From assembly GCA_043228905.1 (NCBI GenBank), contig JBHGNT010000011.1, forward strand, positions 15,810,001 through 15,874,000: a DNA stretch of 64,000 nt, given 5' to 3'. Below the pieces are notes generated by a model. It did not search any database, was not told the origin of the DNA, and worked only from the letters and a program-made list of their open reading frames with translations. Below, piece after piece: positions 51,244 to 64,000 of the stretch; within the stretch, counting starts at the first letter, position 1; every line of letters begins with the position of its first letter. This stretch comes from Azolla caroliniana (Eukaryota; Plantae; Polypodiophyta). The position numbers and the translations under genes were made by a program.

Positions 51244-54200
51244 TCTTTTCTTTTCTTTTCTTTTCGTAAATAATGGCTTTCATTACAAAAGAAAGAACAC
51301 CACCATGACTAACTTACAACAAACTATAGAACCCCTTCTATCTAGGGATCTAAAGAAAACTACGACACCAAACTCAATGCCACCCTACACACCAATTCAA
51401 ATGGCGAATATGATGATATGTGACCTTGCAGAGTTCTCTCTCTTCCTGGTTGAGATTTTGTGACTTCTCTAGCACTGTCAATTGCCACAAAAGAAGTTCT
51501 TTTAACTTTAGAACATATTTTCTCACCCCAACTTGCGAATAAAAAATGAAGGCATTCCGCATATTCCAATTGAACCATAGCCCCCAATACCTCAAGAACT
51601 CAAAAATAATTTGAAAATGAGGCATTGATTCATTGTTCTCCATATGTGCAAAAACCCAACTGAAGGAAGATAGACTTACTCTTGTTAGAGACATCCACAC
51701 TAAACTGATACACCTCCAAACCATCCTTGCCATCGGGCATGAAATAAATCGATGCCTACTATGTTCCAATTCCACCGAACAAAAGAAACACAATCCTTTA
51801 GTAATGTTTCTTCTTTTTAATGCATCCCCTAATGGTAAAGCTCCAACCATAACTCTCCAAATAAATACCTTGGCTCGTAGCATCAATCGAGAACACCAAC
51901 CTGCCTTGATCACATGAAACCACCAAGTAATGGGCTTATGAAAACCCCATATCTTTATAACCCTTTCTTCCAACCACTTATGTTTGTCAATCAACTTGTG
52001 ATAAGCAACATTCGTTGAGATCATAGTCAATCTCTTATTTCCAACAAACCTCCAATCAAGCTCTTGAGATCGCCCATCTAAATCAAGAATTGGCTCATGC
52101 GAAGATAATATTTGTTGCAACTTATCCCAAATAAAGTTATAACCTTTTGGAATACGAAATGTTGATCTTATTGTTCGAAAAGCCATTAATCTTCTTTGTG
52201 AAACCAACGTAGCATCCTTAACTCTTACCAAACCCAATCTAGCCATCCGATTAAATTGAAGGTTAAGAATTTGTTTACCTTCCCACCTCAACAACCTTGA
52301 TGTTGCCAAAACCTCCATTTGTAATGAATTGGCACATCCCCTTTATTGTGGGGGATGCCATTCCACAAAATCCAACATACTTTGCCAAGATGTCAACAAA
52401 TGATTAACAATCATAGACCCTGTACATTTGACATCCCTGTCAGAATTAATTACATTCCACCAATTCGCTTCAACCTTCATGTTTCCAAGCTTTATTCCGT
52501 TCTTCTCTATAAAGTATGCCACCATTTCTGTCCAAGGTTGTACACCTTCAAACATGAATCAAATGAAAGTAAATCGACGAGCCACCATATGCTCATATAG
52601 ATTCAATATTGATGCCCCACCAAGACGCTTCGGAGTACAAACATGATCCCATGCCAACCATGACAAGGCACTTTTCCCTTTTCTTTTCCATAACAACATT
52701 CGCATCGAGCGTGACAACATTTCAAGAGCTTTCTTTGACCATGGGAGCAAAGGAAGATAATAAGATACCATAGAGACCATAATCGATTGGACCACCTTAA
52801 GTCATACATGAAAAGGCCAAAATTGAGACCTCCAATACATAAACTTATCCTCCAACCTTTTGGATACCCACTCTATAAGTCTCACATCAGAAACTTCCAC
52901 CCCAATTGGATATCCAAGTTGACGACAAATCATACCACGATGTACTATCCTTCCTAACCACCCCAACCCTAACACATCTTGTTCTGTACATGAAATGAGG
53001 ACAGATTTATGTATATTAATTCTCAACCCCGAAGCATTTGAAAACAATTCCCACACATCTCTTGTCTTACTAATATTTTCCCGATTAGGTGCCAAAAACA
53101 TAATATGGTCATCTGCGAGAGCTTGAACAATACATGGCTTCCCTGATGGCAACCTTAGTCCAAGCAATTCTTCCCCCATAGCCATATTGTGTAACTTAAC
53201 AAGAATAGGATGTGTCACAATAGTGAATAGTAAAGGACTTACCTGGCATCCTTGTCTAACTGACCTCCGAATAGAAATCGGTTGGGTTACTCCTCCATTA
53301 AACATCACATGTGAAACCGAACCCTCCCCTAATGTGTATATCAACTTAGACATACGATCACCAAAACCCATATGAGACATCAATTGATTTATAAATGACC
53401 AATCCACATTATTATAGGCTTTCTCAATATCGAATTGTAGCAACACTAATTCTTGTTTAGACTCCTTTGCATAGTCAATTGCCATTTGAACATTTAAAAT
53501 ATTATGTAAAATGTCTCTTTTTGCTAAAAACCCATATTGAGCATTATGAATAATAGAAGGTAAAACCTTATGCAACCTATTGGCCATCACTTTTTAACAT
53601 TATCATCGATACACACTTGTACATCCAACAATTGTGTATAATATTCTATGCATTTCTTCACAATTTCTTGAGGATCGCAACACATGATACCATTTTCCTC
53701 TATCCTTACCACATTATGTCGTGCATGTGATTCATTAAGGTCATGGAAAAACTTATGTGATTGACAATTAGCATCATCCACTTCTTGTCTTAGACGATGT
53801 AGTGTAGCATGTTGATAATTTTTTGCCGTTAGGTCATGCATCGCAGAAATTAATACCACTTGATATCCCATCAACTCTACATCCATTGGCCAATAAGTTA
53901 ACAATGAGTTACATTTATCAAGCAAATTAACTAGGAGACTTAATTTCTTTCTCCTTTTAAAAGCATGGTGAATTCCATAATATCTAGTTAACCTCTGAAC
54001 ATTTGCAACAAATACTTCCCACGCTTCATACCCATCAAATTGAACACGATAGGCAAATGCATCAATCAATTGACACATATAGGCATGGAAGACCTCATGA
54101 TCCAAAAATGATGAATTAAAAATCAACGGTGGTTTTCCTAAAAACTCATGAAAACCTCTAATTGAGTGGTGATTGAACCAAAAAATTAATGGGAAATGAT

Positions 54201-56897
54201 CTAATATAATTGACCCATAAGACATTGAAATATCCAAAATCTCTGGTAAAAAACCTTCGGTATGCATTACATACATTCGATCCAACCTACTCCAAGTATC
54301 CTTATATTGAGCCGATTGAAAGGTATAACCAGGTTCATCTCCCTTGATCCATTTCCATACATCCCTTAACATGACTTCAGTCTCAAAATCTCCCCATTCT
54401 TGAGCCTCTGGTCCATCCATAATAGAGTGGATAGATGTTGATTGATCTGTCTCCTAACAAACATTAAAATCTCCCATCAATAAACCAGGTCTACCATTAT
54501 GAAGCACTGAGTTTAGAGATCTCCATAACAACTTTCGTTCTTGTGAAACATTTGATGCATACACACCAACTAACCAAAGAGCTTGCCCTTCATAAAATAT
54601 CTCTACCACAATAAATCTTCCAAATTCATCTGAAACAATTACTTTTGGGTGAAATTTATCTCTTATAAACATGACAATCCCAGAATAATCCCCATGAACC
54701 TTGCCAGCATAACATAATGTATAACCCTTAGAATAACTAATTAAACCAGCATTTCGATGATCTTTATGCTCTACTACACATAAAACATCCCATTACTCAC
54801 TTAACACAATCCTCCAAACCTCATGCATTCTAAATCTAGAACACAATCCCCTCACATTCCATGTGGTGATCTTCATACTTTATTTTTTCCTTTTATTCGA
54901 GAAATCTCCTTCTCCTTCACTGCTAATATTTTTGCCATATCCTGAAATAAATCCCCTAAGATTGCATATGAATTACTATGGGAATTGAAAACTCCAGACC
55001 CCGATGGCTCCTCATGTGAACGAGGCACCGATTTCCGTTTATTCCAAGGAACATACAAATTACCTTTATTATCAAAAGATAATTTCTTTGGATAGTCCTC
55101 TTGACGAGCCCATGGTTTATTCCGCATGGGATGTGTCGGTGTGACCTTCTCCATAGATACATTATGCCCAACATTTTTATTAGACTTCTTCATCTTTCCA
55201 GAAACTATTGACCATTGTCCTTCATCCTCTAGAGTCTTTCCATCCTTCTCATTCACAATTTGTGGTTCCTTTGTTTGCTCTGAAATTGTCAAATCTTGAA
55301 TCTGATAATGAGTTGTAGGCTCTTCATGTACCACTTCCACTACATTATTTCTTTTTTTAGGACATTCAGCCATAAAATGCCCCAACACACCACAATGGAA
55401 ACAATGTCCTGCAAATGTACCCCATTTAAGCCGAAAATACATAGGCGGCATACTAGAACATGCAATCTGTAAACAACTTGGCCTCTTTATAGCTGTTAAT
55501 GGGTAGGGGGTGAAGTCTAAAATGGCTCCACCCCCCTCCCAAGGGGGTTACGTGAGAGAGAGAAACCAGGACAGTGAAAATAAGAAGTGATACAAAATGA
55601 GAGGGGAAAAATCTATATTACATTATGCCCCATGGGTGGGGTTTATATAGTACAAGAGGTAACCGTTACAAATAAAGAATGAGATAAGTAGGGAGTTACA
55701 CTTACCCACTTTCTCACCTTTGTACACATGCACACAAATGTGCATGTGTTCATAGACATACTCATCCTCACACACTCATACACATTACACATACACATCA
55801 ACCACATTATCGTGTTTCGCCCCTTATGCCTTCCCGTATATTCTTACGGGTAACAATAGCAGTATTCCAAAGAATACACATCCGATATCGATTTTGAGCA
55901 TTAGCACTAGGAGGCACCAAGATCTTTCCCAACTTTTCCATCGCTAACCGTAATATTGGCCAAACCACTGAATATGTGTACTCTACCTCAACCCATACGA
56001 GACACTCTTGCTTTAATATATCTTGGTATTCCACTAATGGTCTCCACGGAACAATATGAACCAAACTTTTCTCATAAAAAACTGGCAATTTATTGAGTAA
56101 TTTCTCTTTATACTCTTGTGATACCAAAACATCCTCATAAAATCCACGAGGACCAGCATAAACATCCTGAACACAATTAGCTTGTAAAATCCCATGTAAC
56201 CATTGTTTGACCCTCCAAAGGAAAGGTATCTTTCCCGTGAAAAACAATATGACCCCTTTATCACAAAAATTAGCAAATGAGCCCAAAAACTCCTTATTGT
56301 CTATTTCTACCTTAGTCACTTCATCGTCAACAAACTCCTCAGCAACTTTCACATTCTCCCTTATACAATCTTCCATTAATATATTTGCCATGCATCTTAA
56401 ATGTTCCCAATGACTATCATCTTTCTCAATATCATCTTGTCGCATTGCATCAACATAAGACATGCCATTACTATTATCTCCAATACATCGTTTTCTTTTA
56501 CCATCCCCTCTTGGGCTTGATATTGACTCAACCATGCACGCATCCTTTGAAGAATTTGGAGACTCATCCATATTCATGAAAACACTACCATCCATATGAC
56601 AAGAAATAGGAGAGAGTTCACTTACAAGTAATTGTGTTGGAGAAGGAATCAAAGCAAGCGATCATGAGATGCATGCAATCGAATGGATTTTTTACTCGTA
56701 ACGTTCTACCAAGACCTCCAAATGATACGTGCAAATACTCTTTAGAAAGCTCTATGTGCAGGCTTCGAAACGAGCTAAAGAACAAAGGAAACGGACAATG
56801 TAGCAAGAAGATACATCAAAATTAGTGTTTGCCCTTCTTCAACATCTCCGAACTTTGCGTTTTCTCTCTCTCTCTCTCTACTCTCTCTCCGAATTAG
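51244..56897 (-). mobile_element. Full-length decayed LINE (L1-like): ORF1 56652-54873, ORF2 54876-51374
   Basis: ORF1 CFHCGVLGHFMAEC; EN TWNVRG, MGDFN, SRLDR, DHFP; RT DIEKAY, RQGC, LADD; C-terminal CFFC..H..ISC; (GAAAA)n tail; TSD TGTCATAGCCTCTCT at 51229 and 56898. Confidence 0.93.
55494..55855 (-). mobile_element. Solo LTR inserted in LINE ORF1
   Basis: TGTTA...TAACA termini, TSD ATAGC, TATATAAA on minus; ORF1 frame resumes across it. Confidence 0.92.
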
Positions 56898-56905
56898 TGT
56901 CATAG

Positions 56906-56950
<45 letters not shown>

Positions 56951-57049
56951 AAATAAGAATATACTCCATTAGTTAAAATGACATACAATACACAACTTTA
57001 GTCATTATCTACTTCCATATGGGCTACCTCACTTATTTATCTTACACTC

Positions 57050-60000
57050 AATAGCCCACATGTTTGTTCTCCATGTTTCTCATGTCATTCACGCCCCTCT
57101 ATCATCTAATGGGAGGGGGAACAACCATCTCGGTACTACGTACTACCATCAATCCGCTCATATTGGGCCCTCAATGTAGTTATTAATGTGTGCCATATTA
57201 GCTTAATAGATTCTGCTGGAGGCCGTTTGTTTGCTAAAAATACCCTGGTACATCTTGCAGTCCAAATGTTCCATATGATAATGGGTGCAAACAACATCCA
57301 TAAATCTCCAATTTTTTGCTTCTGGGCATTACTTGTAGGTGCATTGTTATCTGTGATCAATCAAATAGTTCCATTCTACCCTTTGTACATTCCTTTGCAT
57401 GTGCTATCAAATTTCTCCACATCATCATCAAGATAGTTCCAACAAACATGTCCCCATTTGAGGGTAAATGAGCTAGAGGCATGGCATAGCCATCGTAATG
57501 CCCTCCTCCATACAGTCGTTGCCTCATGACATTCCCATAGACAAAGGGAAATGCTTTCTAGATGTCCACATGCACTACATCTAGGATCTACATTGGGGCC
57601 TTTAGCCCACGCCCCTACCGGGCAAGGCTCTATGCACAATAGGTCATAAGCACATCATTATCTTGCGGTCACCACTATCATGCCATATCATTTTCCAGAA
57701 TTTAGCTAATCTCCTTTCATTGATGCCCTCTTGTATCCAAAATTTACGAGCTGCAATATCTTTGTGTTCTTGTTTTAGTATAATTTGCCTCCCAATTTTC
57801 GTGTTGTACCTGAAAAATTGAACCAACTTGGCACCATCAATTTGTCCTTGAGTTCTCTAGAAATACATTGTTGGTCCCATGATAGCTTATTTGAATGCCC
57901 TTCTATCGGCCAACACACTATCGTTGGTTTGAGCTCACTCGGCTTGGGGTCAACTATCATATCCTTTCCATTTTTTGCAAGCAATCTAATCGGCCTTTCA
58001 GTTTGATAGGCTAGTTGCTCACATATTACCATTCTATGCTCTATTTTGTAGTAGCATGCCTCATTAGATCTTGCTTTCATTCCCTTAATTCCAATTAGAT
58101 AATTTTCAGCATCAATAAGTCTTGTGACTTGTCCATTCAATTTTAGAGGGACTTATGGCTTCATCTTCCAAGATTTGCCCATTGCGTGCAATGGCATTTG
58201 TAATCCTCATTAGCATGCATTTACCCATGTTTATCCTCCATATTCTAGTCTTTTGAGTGCCCACATAATTACATAGGAATCTCTTCCAATCTGCCAACGT
58301 ATTCCCTTGGGCATTGATTAAATTGGCCCATTTGAAGCCTGTTTTTTGTCCTATCATCAGCCCATCCACATCTCTAATTAGTGGGTTCCAAACAATAGGC
58401 ATGTACATTCGGGCATATGCATCATTGCTCCACCTACAAATGATTCCCTTTCTTATTCCTTGTCATGGCTTCATAATTCCAACATCACATATACTTTGTG
58501 TACATCCCCAGTATTTGGGTCACATTTCTAGCACAAACCCCCAAAAAGCGCTACTTGGCCAACTTCCACCTTGTCTTGGCAACCACATCTTCCATTTGTG
58601 TCGCTAAAGAATTTTCCAAGGTGCCTCAGGTGGTTGCAAGCTCCTGGCCACCAATTTGCCTAGCAATGCCTTCGTTTGCACCACAGGATCTATTAGTCCC
58701 ACCCCACCTTCACTTTTATCTTTAATGTGTGGTCCATGCAACCTTTGCACGAGCATGTTTTTCCTCTATGCCCCCCCATAAGAAATTTTTGATCAGCCTT
58801 TTTATCACTTTCATCGACTTGGGTGCGATTATCCAACATGTATTGTGGCCATTGGAACCCAATTTGCAATCACAATCTTGGCTACAAAGGATAATTTTAT
58901 TGCATTCCACCATATTAGCTTCGCTTTTATTTTGTCCACAAGTAGATTGTAGTGTTCTGAGTGATCAATGTCCATCCTGACTTTGAAACCCAAGTATCTA
59001 GTAGCTTCTCCTCTCCTCACCATCTAAAATTAGGGTTTGGAGCCCAATTTCCTCTCCTCAACCATATGAAATTAGGGTCTGGAGCCCAATTTACCACAGG
59101 CTTATTGTTAATCCAAATGCCCACTGATTTATTCCAGTTTATTTTAGCACCCAATCCCCTACAAAACTCATTTATTCCACTTTGCAGTCTGTCCAAGTTG
59201 TTTGCATCCCCCTTAACGTAGGTTGTTGTATCATCAACATATTCTGTATCAAGCCTCATTCCTGCATCCTCGGGTAAGGGAAGGCCTTGTATTTGCCAAT
59301 ATCTATCACCAATCTGATAATGCAAGGCTTCTACTGCAATAATGAATAGGTACGGGGCCAATGGGCATCCTTGGCGTACCGATCGTGTCATCCTAAAGCT
59401 CTTCCCCAAGCTTCCAGCCATTAAAACCTGGCTGGAAGCATCCTTGTAAAAGGCAACCAATCCAAGGATCCATTGTTGCTCGAAACCTAGGGCATCCATA
59501 ACTGCTTCTAGGAATTCCCATAAGATCCTATCATATGCTTTTTTGAAGTCGAGTAACATTACTGCTAGGTACACTCCTTGCTCCTCCGCCCATGCTGAAT
59601 ACTCCCAGAAAGTTATCACATTGTCAACAATGCTTCGGTTTTCTAGGAAGCCAGTTTGCGTTGTATGTATTATGTCCTCTAGGACCGTTTTCAATCAACT
59701 ACTTACAACTTTAGCCATGATCGTATAGGCATTAGTGAGAATCGTCCATGGTCGCCAATTATCAAGCATTGTTAACTCATTACTCACCTTCACATTATGT
59801 GGATTGCATCGAATGTTTTCTATTATATGCAACAGGACTGGTGCATGGTCTGAGAACATCGTTCCAGGACAAATTATGCATTTGCCTTTCATATCAATGA
59901 GCCGAGGGTCCAAATACCATCTGTCTAGCCTGGACATTGTCCTCCCATGCACGCTTCCTCCTACTCTAGAGTATAGAAGAGAATTTTCTTTTTGCATCTA

Positions 60001-60553
60001 AAAGTTAGGTGCGTTCCAACAATCTATCACATTATATGCTAGACAAAACTTATCCCATGCATCTTTTTCCACCCCTTGCATCGTGCCATTTGCATTTCCG
60101 CTTCTATCTTCTTGTTGCTCCACCATATTAAAATCTCCTCCAATGATCCACAAATCTGCATCCGGTTTCTTGTCCACTAGTTGCAACTAGAATTCCTTTC
60201 TTTCGGCAACTGAATTTGGGGCATATATGTTTAGTATGCCAAGTGCCCATATCTGTGTTTTATCCTCTGCCTGTGAATGTTGCATCATACTTAGGTTTCA
60301 TGGCTATGAGTACTCCCCCATGAATCTGTATGTCCCCCGTAGCTGCAGACCATGTATTGGTCCAACTCCCAGGGCAAATGTTTCCAATTTTGCCGATCTT
60401 ATCCCCATCTAGATGGTGCTCTTGCACCATGATAACATCAGGCACAATTGCCTCAATGCATCACTGAATTTCAGCAGCTAATACATTCTTCCTCATGTGG
60501 AATTGGCCGCCGCCAATTCCTTGTATATTCCGTGTTAGCAAGCTAAGATTCAT
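57050..60553 (-). mobile_element. Second decayed LINE ORF2 with a deletion between EN and RT
   Basis: MVQEHH, GGDFN, SRLDRWY, SDHAP joined almost directly to NWRP; DFKKAYD, RQGCPLAP, YVDD; CSAC..C..EC; left boundary approximate. Confidence 0.9.
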
Positions 60554-60880
60554 TTCAACATATACCGTGCCTCTTTAGTGGTCCAACCAATGCATTTTCA
60601 ACTTCCACTAGGTTCGCTAAGATCATATCTTGGAGATTGTCCTCTTCTAGTGTCACCATTTCAAGGTGGTATACCTTGAATTCCGTGATCATTCGAGGAA
60701 GCTTCCTAAATTCACATTTATATAGCATATACCTTGCCCAAGCTCCGTATCATGGTGTCTTTCCATTGTCTTTTCATTTTCACACCTATTGTAGTACCAT
60801 ATGTTTGGTGAAAACACACAATTATATTAATAAATGTGTGTAAAAAACACTACTTACAATAGGTGTGACAATGGAGTATG

Positions 60881-60937
<57 letters not shown>

Positions 60938-61844
60938 TGCATGCATGCTTGGACACACACATACTAAGATACAATCACGTGAGCAACCATTATTTTATTT
61001 TATTAGGGGCTCAAATTTTGACAAAGAAAAATGTATATGTAAATTTCAAACAATAAGCAACCACATATTTCAAATTTCTAACACTACAACCACTTATTTA
61101 GTAGATTTCCATCTTTTATATAAGGTTGTTTTTTGCAAGATTTCATCGTTCTCCTTGGCATTATTTCAATACCTTGAGATGGTCATGACTCACGACCTCA
61201 TTGTTGGAAAGTTGTGTCCCACGTGTTTCTAAGTATCTAGATGTTGTCATAATGAGAAATGTCTCGACTTGGAAAGTTTCGTGACCCCAAAAACCATGTC
61301 GTTATGACCCTATGAGGATGAATGAATATTGGTGTGCTTTTCTTGGCCACTCCGAAGGTACATTGTGCCACGATTTAGGATATCTAAAAAGCATTCGATT
61401 ATATATATGTATTGGGGAAGTTCTATGTTTGGTTCAGGTCATCACGTTGCTTTCCTTTCCTTTCCTTTTTTTTTTCGCAAATCCATGTTTGTCATTAAAA
61501 CAAGATGATAAAACAACCATTGCTATCTTCACTACTTTGGTAGTAGCGATATGGCAAAGGGAAACCCTCTCAAGTGTTGTAATACTAGATGGTATAAATC
61601 TACCTCATCTTGGGACAATGTCCCCATACAACAGAGTTACAAAAACTGCCAAATCAATTTTCCCTTTCATCCTTTGGAGTTGTTGTGTTGAAGATTCAGA
61701 ACCCATTTCTCATGGTCCAATTAAAGCACATCCCCAATACCTAAGGTAGTCAAACACGACCTGACTTGATATGATGGCAAGGATATAGCATTATCTCCTT
61801 TCCTTTTCTCTCTTTCCTTCTTTCTTTCTTTCAGTTTAAGTCCA

Positions 61845-62032
61845 GGGACTCTCGAAATGGGTGGCAATTCCTTCTTTGTTTCTTTCTTTCACTTAAAGTC
61901 GGGGTCTCCTCGAAATGGGTGGTGATTCCTTCTTTCTTTCTCTCGGTTACGTTCGGGGGTCTCGAAATGGGCGGCAATTCCTTCCTTCTTTCTCTCGGTT
62001 ACGTCTGGGGGTCTCGAAATGGGCGGCGATTC
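61845..62032. repeat. Four imperfect ~50-60-bp tandem units
   Basis: ctcgaaatggg(t/c)gg..attc recurs four times upstream of the last gene. Confidence 0.75.
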
Positions 62033-62154
62033 GATGGCCGGCCGCTCGAAGGAAGGAAGGCCATGCTCTCCATTCATGTAAATAAATCTTCCAAACCTCT
62101 CTCTCTTTCTCTGTTTCTCTATTTCTCTGCACATGTGTGGGGCCAAAAGAATCC

Positions 62155-64000
62155 ATGGCGAAGCTCGGTACCTCTCCATCTCCGTCTCCGTCTCCGCGAC
62201 CCCCCCTTCTTCTCTTCCTTCCTTCTCCATCGTCCCTGCCGCAGCTCTCTCTCTCCATGAAACACCTCAACCGCAACCCAACATCGAGAACAAGAGGAAA
62301 GCGAACGGCGTCATGCTCCATCCGCTCAGATGCAATGAAGGTTTCCTCTGAAGAACTCAAGTCGCAGCTCGAATCGCTACATTCTGAAGCCGAGAGAACT
62401 CGAGCTCGAGGTACGGAAAACATTCCATTATATGATACGCGTTGCTTGTAAGTCATCCGTGGTGGATGCTCACAGAACTGTGTGGTAAGTATTCATCATG
62501 TCCGGTTTTCCTGTGTTCCAAGAAGAACGGAAGTGCTCGACCAACGTCTTAAATTTTTTAAAGGAGACCATTGGCTATATAGAGACGAAGACAATATATA
62601 TTGCGTAGCTTATGGAGTGAGGAAGCTTCTCAGAACTCAAGAAACGTTTTTTATTGTATCTTGTAAATCTTTCATAATATACACATGTTCTGAGTCAGGC
62701 ACCCGTGAGATCGCTCAAGAATCCAATGTATGAAAAGTTTTGTTATGTATCAACCGCAGTTTGGTTCCGTGTATGAGGAGAAAAATAAATTCTTTTTGTA
62801 TGTATCTATACCTGGTAAATATTTGCGGTCATTATTGGGTGTGTTATCAGAAATGGAACCTTAAATTACTGTAAATCTTCGGTCAACCAACAGAATTTCT
62901 AAATTTGCTTCCAACCAAGCCAAGTGTGGATCTTTCTTAGGATAGTTGCATGGACATTGGTTGACAAATATAACGATTCTTAAATAGTATTTAAAGGGAT
63001 GGATCACTTCAGAATTTAGCACTTTTCTGTATCCTCACTTTCTTTGCTTCCTTCCCAGATTCATATCTATCACCTGTCAACTCTTTCACAAAAAGGGTTT
63101 CGTGAGTGTCACCCATGCCATATTTTTGACACTGGTCGAATGAGTATGCTAACAGCTCTAACCTCATTCTTGACTGCCACTGTTGTCAAAGGTGTTGAAC
63201 CCTGTTCGCTCGAAGAAATCATGTAACAAACCTATTGCCAGAGTAGTTGGACCCTATCCCCATGCAAAATTCAAGAATGCAGATAGTTCCATTTATTTTG
63301 GTTATACAAAAGTTTAACATCATCACAAGTGAATGACAAATTGGCCTCAGCAACTGGACTTTGTTCCATTTCGAAAATTGGGAAGCATGTATCTTCACTG
63401 ATAAGAGAGCAGTCACACAATTAATCTTGACACATAACAAAATATTTTGTCATGTAACGATACGAGAGAGTAGTGACACAATTAATCTTGACACACAACA
63501 AAATATTTTGTCATGTAACGATGTATGTAAATAAATTTGTTGTTTGGGTGGTTCTTTGTGTTAGGAAGTATTGGTTAATGAAAATCGCCACCATACAGAC
63601 ACCTCTGTGAATTTTGGGACAGGGTTGAAGACCCTGGAAACTGTAATCGGTTAATGTAGGGCGTAAATTAGGCTAATTAGGAGAATGTAAAACAGACATA
63701 TCCCGCACTTCTCACTCCCACCGGCCAGCTAATAGGGATATACTGATTACCAAACTTGTAATAATGTACTAACTACATGAAATAGGATTCAAATGCCAAT
63801 GTTTTGGCGAGGTACATCTGGCTTTATGTAAATTTTATATGATATAGTACCATTGTATGTTTCAGCGAATGCAGCAAGGGGACGATTCATGCGGCTAACA
63901 GAATCTGTTGAGAAACTGAGGATGCGAGCTCGAATCGAGTTAAAAGCTGGTAAAGAAGAAAGTGCTAGACAACTCATAGCAGAAAAGCAAAAGATCATGC
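62155..64000 (+). CDS. Probable plastid-targeted coiled-coil protein; exons 62155-62410 and 63866-window end (partial)
   Basis: S/P/R-rich transit-peptide-like N-terminus; ELKSQLESLHSEAERTRAR spliced in frame to ANAARGRFMRLTESVEKLR. Confidence 0.8.

Overview
AT-rich land-plant genomic DNA (non-seed plant/fern-like by inference) with nested retroelements and a few host genes. Left: an intact, GC-rich Ty3/gypsy element (tRNA-Trp PBS, -1 frameshift after the protease) inserted in the 3' end of a decayed Ty1/copia element. Middle: eIF4A (-), an orphan intron-containing Cpn60-beta 3' fragment, a PPTTLRE-type CDKB (+), a P-class PPR gene (+), a small membrane-protein gene (-) followed by a probable decayed LRR gene carrying a 4x242-bp tandem array, and a solo copia LTR. 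Right: a deleted gypsy-type element (44842-50832), a full-length LINE with a 15-bp TSD and a solo LTR in ORF1, a second decayed LINE, and the start of a plastid-type coiled-coil gene. Most notable: the 44842-50832 element has no polypurine tract; the position before its 3' LTR holds a sense-strand copy of a tRNA-Arg 3' half (T-arm, acceptor strand, CCA), and the same cassette, with a compensatory base-pair change, precedes a captured LTR of a second family. All comparisons were made by eye.
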